A DNA stretch of 40,000 nucleotides from assembly GCF_041919755.1 (NCBI RefSeq), contig NZ_JAYRTD010000004.1:185916-225915 (forward strand), read 5' to 3'. Position numbers and translations under genes: made by a program. The notes beneath the pieces are model-generated. The model had not been told where the DNA came from and made no database searches. It worked only from the letters and a program-made list of their open reading frames with translations. Within the stretch, counting starts at the first letter, position 1. The number at the start of each line of letters is the position of its first letter. This DNA comes from Brevundimonas sp. (GTDB lineage: Bacteria; Pseudomonadota; Alphaproteobacteria; Caulobacterales; Caulobacteraceae). Shown in pieces: positions 25,130 through 31,815 of the stretch.

Positions 25130-27658
25130 ATGTTTGCTCACAACCGCCTCGCGGCGGCGCTGGCGCTCGCCTGCCTGACGTCCGCTGGCCCGGTCCTCGC
25201 CTTGCAGGACGGCCCGCCCGTCGCCGCACCGGGCCGAACCCTGTCCCTGGACGATGTCCTCTCGATGGAGACCTTCGGTACGGCTTCGCTCTCTCCGGAT
25301 GGACAATGGGTCGTCTATGAACGGCGGCGTCCCTACGATACCGCGCCCCGGTTCGATCGGTCCCACCGGTCGGGTTGGGCCGTCAGCGACCTGAAGATCG
25401 CCCGAACCGACGGTGGGGCGCCGGAAGACCTCCTGCCCTCGGAGCCAGGCGTTGGCCTCTTGCTGGGGTCATGGTCGCCGGACGGTCGTCGTCTTCTGGT
25501 CCACCGGTTGAGCGGGGATCGGCTTGAGATCGGCGTCGTGACTCTGGCGGATCGATCGGTGAGGTGGACCGGTCTCACGCCGGACCTAGTCAACGGGGTG
25601 ACGAGTGCATGGCTGGACGCGGACCGGCTGGCCCTCACCATTCGGCCGGGCGGGGATCTGCCCTGGCTTCTGCGTTTCGATGGCACGGGCCAGTCGGAGA
25701 TGGACCAACGGTGGACGCGGACGGCCGAGGGGCGCGAGCCGTCCCGGACCCGGGTCGAGACGCGCGCCGGCCAGGTGACGACGGACGCCGCGGCGCCGCC
25801 GGTCCGTCTGATCGTGCTCGATGTGCGGACGGGGCTGCAACAGGTCCTCGCCGAGGGAGCGATACGGGACTTCGCACCGTCCCCCGCCGGAGACCGGATC
25901 GCGGTCCTGACATCCGGGGCGCCGGTGGCGAGGGTCCCACTGAGCTCGATCGCCCAGAGCGCGGTCCAGACCCGTAGCCGGTTGACCCTGGTAGCGGTTG
26001 GGACGGGAGAGGCGGTTCGTCCGGGCGATGACCTCGACGTGGCTCCGCATCTCCTGCGCTGGTCTCCCGCCGGTGACGCCGTGCTGATTTGGGCGCGTCG
26101 GGACGGGGAGGGATGGGGCGCCGCCACGTTGCTCGCGGCCGGCATCGACGGCGATCTGAAGCGGTTCGAGACGGCTGGGCTGCGCCCCTTCGAAGAGGGG
26201 CGGGACGTGGATGAAGTCCGGGTCGTTCAGGCCGACTGGCTCGGGCGGGACGCCATCCTGCGGGCCCGACGACCCGGGTCCGACCGGTTCGACTGGTGGA
26301 CGCTCGGCGCGGGCGCGCCGCTCAATCTGACGGAGGGGATGGCGTCATCTCCGTCGCGGCTGTCCGCCGTGCTCGATGACGAGGCGTTGGCGTTCGCCGG
26401 AGGACGACTGTGGTCTCTGGGGCGCGGCGGCGAAACAAGGCCGCTGTCCGCCGAAGGCGATACCCTGAGCGATGGCCGCACCTTCACGCTCATGACCCCG
26501 TTCCGGATCCAGGCGAACGAGCCCCCGAGGCAGTCCTGGATCGCGGCGCGATCGCCCTCCGGGACGCGCATTCTGGATCGAGGCGGAGCCACAGGGATAA
26601 CCTCGACGCAGACCTGCGACGGCACCCTGATCGGGCGGTCTGTTGTGCGGACGGGAATCCTGACGGCATGTCTGGATCAGGGTGTGGAGACCCTCGCCCT
26701 GGCCACGCCGGGGGTGGATCGGGTGCTGGATCGCGTGAATGCTGACCTGGCCGAGGTCGCCATCCCTCAGGCGAAACCGATCCATCATCGCGATCCGTTC
26801 GGACAGGCCGTGACCAGCTATCTGTTCCTGCCGCCTGGTCGGACGGCGACCGAGGTCAGGGGGCTTATCGTCATGGTCTACCCCGGGGTCGTGGAGGATG
26901 GCCGCTATGTGGAGGCGACAGGCCTCCAGTCTCTGGGGCCGCGCGCGCAAATCCTCGCCACCGAAGGCTACGCGGTCCTGTCCGCGGCCCTGCCCGACGA
27001 AAGTCAGACGACACGGCCGACGATGTTTGACGACTTTACCCGTGCGACGGACGCGGCGGTCGACGCCGCGCTCGCCGAAGAACCCGGCTTGCCGTCGAAC
27101 CGGCTGGCCCTGCTGGGCCACAGTTTCGGGGGATACACCGCCCTGGCGATCGCGACACGGTCGCCGCGATATCGAAGTGTGGTCGCCTGGGCCGCGCCGA
27201 CGGATCCGGCGGCCAAATGGGGCGAACTGCGACCCCATGCCTGGCTTTGGCCGGAGTATGCGATGTCGCTCGATACTGCACCGGGCGCCGTCGAGAACGG
27301 GCAGGCCAGACTGGGCGGTCCGCCCTGGTCCGAGGCCGATCAGTATGCAGGCGCCAGCCCTTACATGCAGGCGGACCGGATCGTCGCGCCGCTTTTGCTG
27401 ATCACCGCCGATCGAGACTATGTGCCCATGGCAAACGCCCAGCGCATGCTGTCCGCGATGCACCGGCAGGGCAAATGGGCGCGACTGGCGACCTATTGGG
27501 GCGAGAGTCACTCCAACGCCAGTCCGGCCAATGTGCGCGATGTTTATCGGGAGATCTTCGACTGGCTCGACCGCACGCTCGGCGATGAGGCGCTCAACCT
27601 CCCGGTAGGCGCCGCTCCCATGCCCGGACCCAACTCTCGATCGCAGCCGTCGTCATGA
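25130..27658 (+). CDS. S9 prolyl-oligopeptidase-family serine hydrolase; lasso-peptide isopeptidase candidate (AtxE2-like)
   Basis: 842 aa. Sec-type signal peptide, N-terminal propeller-like region, and C-terminal alpha/beta hydrolase with LLGHSFGGYTA (GxSxG), ITADRDYV (Asp) and WGESHSN (His). Starts 10 nt after the receptor gene and converges on the lasso A-B-C genes. Confidence 0.8.
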   Translation: MFAHNRLAAALALACLTSAGPVLALQDGPPVAAPGRTLSLDDVLSMETFGTASLSPDGQWVVYERRRPYDTAPRFDRSHRSGWAVSDLKIARTDGGAPEDLLPSEPGVGLLLGSWSPDGRRLLVHRLSGDRLEIGVVTLADRSVRWTGLTPDLVNGVTSAWLDADRLALTIRPGGDLPWLLRFDGTGQSEMDQRWTRTAEGREPSRTRVETRAGQVTTDAAAPPVRLIVLDVRTGLQQVLAEGAIRDFAPSPAGDRIAVLTSGAPVARVPLSSIAQSAVQTRSRLTLVAVGTGEAVRPGDDLDVAPHLLRWSPAGDAVLIWARRDGEGWGAATLLAAGIDGDLKRFETAGLRPFEEGRDVDEVRVVQADWLGRDAILRARRPGSDRFDWWTLGAGAPLNLTEGMASSPSRLSAVLDDEALAFAGGRLWSLGRGGETRPLSAEGDTLSDGRTFTLMTPFRIQANEPPRQSWIAARSPSGTRILDRGGATGITSTQTCDGTLIGRSVVRTGILTACLDQGVETLALATPGVDRVLDRVNADLAEVAIPQAKPIHHRDPFGQAVTSYLFLPPGRTATEVRGLIVMVYPGVVEDGRYVEATGLQSLGPRAQILATEGYAVLSAALPDESQTTRPTMFDDFTRATDAAVDAALAEEPGLPSNRLALLGHSFGGYTALAIATRSPRYRSVVAWAAPTDPAAKWGELRPHAWLWPEYAMSLDTAPGAVENGQARLGGPPWSEADQYAGASPYMQADRIVAPLLLITADRDYVPMANAQRMLSAMHRQGKWARLATYWGESHSNASPANVRDVYREIFDWLDRTLGDEALNLPVGAAPMPGPNSRSQPSS

Positions 27659-29339
27659 TGTCGACGTAGCCGCCACGCCAGGCGAGGGACTCCCGGGTCA
27701 GGGCGACATCGCCCCTGTCGCGATCGATCAGCCCCATGGCCGCCAGGCGCCCGTCGAGCAACCAGGGCCGAAGGACGTCCAGCCCGTCGGCGATCAGGTG
27801 ACCATAGAAGGCGGTCATCTCACCCTTGGACCTTCGGGTGGTGATCGCGTCTGGCAGGCGATCGGAGAAGGCCCGGCGGGCGAGCGCGCGATCTCGCCGT
27901 CCGAGGGTCAACTGGGGGGTTGGCAGGGCGAGGCAGACTTCGGTCACCGGTTGGGCGAGAAGGGGATGGAACACGGTCGCCACTTCGGTCTGGAACGACG
28001 CCCCGTGAAGGCCGCATCCCTGGACCAGACCCAGGATCTGGCGTCGCTTGGCCGGTCCGAGATCGTCGATGCCCTGAAGCCAGGGATGGCGCGCGATCTC
28101 CGGGTGGATGCGGGGACGCAGCAACGGATTGGGATCATCGATCGCCGCCGGCGTATACCTGGGCCGACGGGCGGCCCCGATCAGCGTCCAGACCGATCGC
28201 TCGTTCCAGCGTGCGAGGTCGATGTTGGCTCTGGAGAGGAACGCGCGCCATCCCCGTTGACGATGGAAATCGACAAAGACGCCGGCGTCCGCTGGCTGGA
28301 TGAACATCGAGTCCCCGCCCTTGCCTGTGATGACCGTGTCTATGCCGGCGGCCACGAACCGCCGCGCCCAGTCGGCGTCATGAAGGGCATCCATGGCGGC
28401 CAGTCCGGGCCGGATGCCCAGCGTGAGATGGGTCAGCATCTCCAGGGTCAGCCGGCCGGTCGCACGGGGTTGGCACGTCGCGGTGATCCCGATGTGTGCC
28501 GCCAGAAGATCGACCCAGGGCCGTTCGTCGGCAGTGGCGTCGGGTCCCCAGGCGTTCAGCCAGAGCCGCACCCGGTCGGGCTCGGTCCGCGCCAGTGTCG
28601 CCGCCACGATGCTGGAATCGAGACCGCCCGACACCTCGGCCGCCAGGACGCCGCCAGACTTCAGAACGCCTGCGACGACCTGGTCGAGAGCGTCTCGCAG
28701 TCGCTCTGCGGCCTCGTCGTCAGAAAGGGCGGGCGCTGACCGGGCCAGCCAGTCAGGCCGCCAGAGCTCGCTCACAATCCCGTCGTTCAGGGTCACCATG
28801 GCGCCGGGCAGGACAGCAGCGGGGCCGTCGATAAGGAGATCGCCCGAGGTCGAATATGGATCATGAAGCGCCGCCTCGACGCGGGCGGGATTGATCCGCC
28901 AGCCGGCGCCAGCGCTCCGCGCGAGCCACTCTGGAACCTGGGAGGCGACGAGGGTGACCGGACCCTGCGCCCACCAGAGGCAATCCAGGGCGCCGGACGG
29001 ATCACGCAGGAGCGCGGCCAGTCGTCCCTTGCCGTCCAGACGCACGCCGATGAAGCGCCCCCAAAAGCGGGCGAGCATCTTCTTCTCGTAGGAGGCCGGA
29101 TCATCGTCGGGGATCTGGCGGACGGCGGGATCGTGACGATTGAAGACCTCGCCGACGAGGGTCCAGCCGCCGATCGTTGTGGAGGCGGGGCGGCCGGGGC
29201 CGGCGACAGCCAGCCAGGTTGCGTCGGACAGGGGGGTGATGGTCATGCCCGCGGCGCGCGCCTGCTCCTGAAGCCTAGGTGACAGGGGATGTTCGACCCC
29301 GCAGTCGGCGGACTGGCTGCAAAGCAGATAGGCGCCCAT
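27594..29339 (-). CDS. Asparagine-synthetase-like lasso peptide cyclase (C protein)
   Basis: 581 aa. PP-loop AAEVSGGLDSSIVAA typical of AsnB/McjC-type enzymes. TGATG junction with the B gene. Confidence 0.85.
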   Translation of the reverse strand: MGAYLLCSQSADCGVEHPLSPRLQEQARAAGMTITPLSDATWLAVAGPGRPASTTIGGWTLVGEVFNRHDPAVRQIPDDDPASYEKKMLARFWGRFIGVRLDGKGRLAALLRDPSGALDCLWWAQGPVTLVASQVPEWLARSAGAGWRINPARVEAALHDPYSTSGDLLIDGPAAVLPGAMVTLNDGIVSELWRPDWLARSAPALSDDEAAERLRDALDQVVAGVLKSGGVLAAEVSGGLDSSIVAATLARTEPDRVRLWLNAWGPDATADERPWVDLLAAHIGITATCQPRATGRLTLEMLTHLTLGIRPGLAAMDALHDADWARRFVAAGIDTVITGKGGDSMFIQPADAGVFVDFHRQRGWRAFLSRANIDLARWNERSVWTLIGAARRPRYTPAAIDDPNPLLRPRIHPEIARHPWLQGIDDLGPAKRRQILGLVQGCGLHGASFQTEVATVFHPLLAQPVTEVCLALPTPQLTLGRRDRALARRAFSDRLPDAITTRRSKGEMTAFYGHLIADGLDVLRPWLLDGRLAAMGLIDRDRGDVALTRESLAWRGGYVDIMTTAAIESWVRAWERRLPGG

Positions 29340-29989
29340 CAGACGGCCAGGATCGGGCTGAAGGTGCGGACCCGTTCCGCCGTATCGCCGGCGACGCGGT
29401 CACCGACCTGGACCCAGCAGTGAGCGAGGAACGGCCAGGTGCGCACGCCGAACACCCATCGGGCCGGGATGCCTGATCGATGCAGATGATGATGCAGACG
29501 ATAGCCGCGTTGCAGGCAGTCGCCCTCGAAGGGAATCCAGGGGTGGATGGCCAGGAAGGCGCCGATCGCCCGCGATGCCTCATCGTCGCTGACGTCCCGA
29601 TCCGGAGTGGAGCGGCGCGCGGCCGTGGCGACCAGATGGTCGAACGGGGCGCGGGCGAAGCTGACGCTCGCCGCCAGGCTGTTGACCGCCGCGCCGATCA
29701 GCAGTCGCCGGGGCAGGGCGTCTGTCCACGCCGGGACGTCTCCCACCGGTTCTGGCGGCGCGAAGCGAGCCGGTGAGGGGTGAGCGGCAAGGAGGCCGGC
29801 CGCCAGCAGATCATCGTGCACGTCGCGGGGTACCGTGATCCGCCCCGGATCGGGTTCGAACCGGATCATCGCCGCCGCGTCGGTAAGGAGGGCATAGTCG
29901 TCGCCCAGGATGTCGAGGACCACGATGTCATCGTGGCATCGCGCCAGATGGATGTGGGGCGCTAGGAAAACGGTGTGGTCTTCAGGCAT
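29339..29989 (-). CDS. Lasso peptide leader peptidase, fused B1 (PqqD-like RRE) and B2 (transglutaminase-like Cys protease)
   Basis: N-terminus IHLARCHDDIVVLDILGDDYALLTDAAAMI (PqqD-like). C-terminus FEGDCLQRGYRLHHHL...WVFGVRTWPFLAHCWVQVGDRVAGD (Cys/His/Asp pattern of McjB-type B2). Confidence 0.85.
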   Translation of the reverse strand: MPEDHTVFLAPHIHLARCHDDIVVLDILGDDYALLTDAAAMIRFEPDPGRITVPRDVHDDLLAAGLLAAHPSPARFAPPEPVGDVPAWTDALPRRLLIGAAVNSLAASVSFARAPFDHLVATAARRSTPDRDVSDDEASRAIGAFLAIHPWIPFEGDCLQRGYRLHHHLHRSGIPARWVFGVRTWPFLAHCWVQVGDRVAGDTAERVRTFSPILAV

Positions 29990-30003
29990 GTCCCGGTCGC
30001 TGG

Positions 30004-30040
30004 AAAAAGCCCGGGCGATCGCTTTGACGGCCGCCCGGGC
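30004..30040 (-). terminator. Intrinsic-terminator-like hairpin between precursor 2 and the B gene
   Basis: Minus strand reads GCCCGGGCG-(14 nt)-CGCCCGGGC followed by TTTTT: a 9-bp GC stem plus a U-tract, 14 nt before the B start codon. Confidence 0.55.
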
Positions 30041-30046
30041 AGACGT

Positions 30047-30163
30047 TCAGACGGGCGTCCGGCTGCGCATGACGCCGATCTCGGCCCAGTTGCCTTCGAC
30101 TTCGTGCCGGGTCAGGTCCCGGGCGCGGCCGAGGCGGATGAGTGTCAGTCGGGTCGTTTTCAT
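30047..30163 (-). CDS. Lasso peptide precursor 2 (38 aa)
   Basis: Hand-translated as MKTTRLTLIRLGRARDLTRHEVEGNWAEIGVMRSRTPV. GGAGAG Shine-Dalgarno 6 nt upstream. Leader fits L-x3-G-x5-T-x. Lies immediately upstream of B and C. Confidence 0.8.
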   Translation of the reverse strand: MKTTRLTLIRLGRARDLTRHEVEGNWAEIGVMRSRTPV

Positions 30164-30213
30164 CAGGGTCTCTCCGGTGGTGCGGGAGACGATGAAAGGG
30201 CCCGGATCGCAAA

Positions 30214-30244
30214 GGGCGGTCGCCCCATGGAGAGGCGACCGCCC
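30214..30244 (-). terminator. Hairpin between precursor 1 and precursor 2
   Basis: Perfect 11-bp stem GGGCGGTCGCC / GGCGACCGCCC (30214-30224 and 30234-30244) with a 9-nt loop, followed on the minus strand by TTTG only (weak U-tract). Confidence 0.45.
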
Positions 30245-30252
30245 CTTCCGCG

Positions 30253-30369
30253 TCAGACCGGGGTCTTGCTGCGGTCGAGGCCGATCTCGGCGAACCGACC
30301 CTCGGGCTCGAGTTGGGTCAGGGCCCGGGCGCTGCCGAGACGGACGAGCGCGATCCTGGTGGTCTTCAT
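30253..30369 (-). CDS. Lasso peptide precursor 1 (38 aa)
   Basis: Hand-translated as MKTTRIALVRLGSARALTQLEPEGRFAEIGLDRSKTPV. AGGGAG Shine-Dalgarno upstream. Same leader motif and same length as precursor 2. Confidence 0.8.
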   Translation of the reverse strand: MKTTRIALVRLGSARALTQLEPEGRFAEIGLDRSKTPV

Positions 30370-30461
30370 CGTAGTCTCCCTGGTTGATCGCCACGGATGT
30401 GGCCCGATCAGTCAGCGCCCGGATGAAGCCGCTGCAAAGCTATATCCGGCGTATATCTGCG

Positions 30462-30950
30462 TCAGCGTCCCGGCTTGGGCCGGCGCGAGTTCAGGTCCGT
30501 CCGGCCTTCCTCGAGGAAGGTCTCCGCCTCCTCTGCCCGTCGGCCGCCAACCTCTGCGAGCGCGTCGAACATCTCTCCGAACGCGGCGATCAGCGAGCGG
30601 GCGTCGAGGTCTCGGATGCGGTCTCCCATCTGCCGGTCATAGGCCTGGAGCAGGATGGTGAAGGTGGTCATGAACTTGTTGTCGGCCGTCCGCACGGCGA
30701 ACTCGGGCGATCCGATCGCGATGGCGTGCATGAGGCCGTAGAAGTCGGAGCCTGTGGCGACGCTGAAGCGGTGCAGGTAGTCGAGGTTGAGCCGCCCATG
30801 GCCGGCCTCGAAATGCTCGTAGGTTCGCAGCGGCATGTTGAGCGCGGTCGCCGTTTCTTGCGTGGACAGACCCCGCAGTCTCCGCACGCCCTTCAACACC
30901 GCCGATCGAAGACTCCCGTCGTCCCGAGACTCCAACGAGGTCTCGTCCAT
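30462..30950 (-). CDS. XRE-family HTH transcriptional regulator (162 aa) with an uncharacterised C-terminal domain
   Basis: LKGVRRLRGLSTQETATALNMPLRTYEHFEAGHGRLNLDYLHRF is a Cro/C1-type HTH. Same strand as, and directly upstream of, the precursor genes. Confidence 0.75.
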   Translation of the reverse strand: MDETSLESRDDGSLRSAVLKGVRRLRGLSTQETATALNMPLRTYEHFEAGHGRLNLDYLHRFSVATGSDFYGLMHAIAIGSPEFAVRTADNKFMTTFTILLQAYDRQMGDRIRDLDARSLIAAFGEMFDALAEVGGRRAEEAETFLEEGRTDLNSRRPKPGR

Positions 30951-31191
30951 GATTGCTCCCGGTATGTGATCGACGGTGAGTCATCGTGCGACGGGATCGC
31001 CTTGCGATCAACGCTCGCGTGTATCTGTCCCTAGCTGATTTGTCGCATCCGCAAGAAAGTTGCGGTCCGACCGCCGGTTTATTGCGGGCTTGCCGACGAT
31101 TTCTTGCGGATCGGCCAACCGGGAGATGCAATCCATTGGCGAAGGCCGACGGGCTGACGATAACGCGGAGTCTATCTGTACGGAGTTGGCT

Positions 31192-31815
31192 GTGCCGAGA
31201 GCCCGCGATCCCTTCAGCCTGGCGCTCGAGAACATTCGCGATCGAGCCCTGCGGGGTGTCTACAGCCCGGGCGGGTCCATCGTGATCATCGAGGAGGCGC
31301 GTCGCCTCAATTTGTCGACCACACCGGTTCGCGAAGCGCTCGCCTGGCTCTGTGGCGAAGGCCTCCTGGAGCGCGCGCCGCGTGCGGGCTACCTCGCCCC
31401 GCGGCTCGATGCCGCGATGTTGCGGGATCGGTTCTGGCTCCGCCTGCGGGCGCTGACGACGAGCCTGGAACTGACCATCGATCTGGCCGCCCAGGCGTCG
31501 CCGGCACCGGACCTGTCCGCCGAGGATGCGGTGCGCGAACTCTTCGACCGTCTGGTTCGCGCCACGGGAAATCGGTCACTGGTCGATGCCTTCCGACGGG
31601 TCGACGCCCAGTTGCGCATGCTGGGCGACGCGGAGTTCCGCCTGTTCCCGGATGCCGACGCCGAGGCGGCCCATTTGGCCCATCTCGGCCGCGAGGGCGC
31701 CCGGCAGGATCTGACCGAAGCGGTCACCCGCTATCACCGTCGACGCATGGACGCCTCCGCCCTTCTGGTGCTGGAGGTTGAGCGCCGCGGTCCGCGGTCG
31801 GCGGACGGCGACTGA
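31192..31815 (+). CDS. GntR-family transcriptional regulator
   Basis: Winged HTH LSTTPVREALAWLCGEGLLERAPRAGY. Start placed at GTG 31192, preceded by GGAG 6 nt upstream. The track ATG 31060 adds an implausible N-terminus. Confidence 0.75.
   Translation: MPRARDPFSLALENIRDRALRGVYSPGGSIVIIEEARRLNLSTTPVREALAWLCGEGLLERAPRAGYLAPRLDAAMLRDRFWLRLRALTTSLELTIDLAAQASPAPDLSAEDAVRELFDRLVRATGNRSLVDAFRRVDAQLRMLGDAEFRLFPDADAEAAHLAHLGREGARQDLTEAVTRYHRRRMDASALLVLEVERRGPRSADGD

Noticed and set aside
24022-25131. 369-aa minus-strand ORF, with similar antisense ORFs at 26345-27511, 27798-28739, 31862-32995, 34001-34879 and 35204-35998
   Set aside because: All lie antisense to well-supported genes (the receptor, isopeptidase, cyclase, traG, trbB and trbC/D). 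They have low-complexity basic compositions and no Shine-Dalgarno or operon logic.
30047-30369. Alternative lasso core starting at the conserved Gly (GRFAEIGLD... / GNWAEIGVM...)
   Set aside because: A Gly1-Asp9 ring would work for precursor 1, but precursor 2 has Met at that position and only Glu5, which is too close. This alternative also ignores the exact L-x3-G-x5-T-x leader match.
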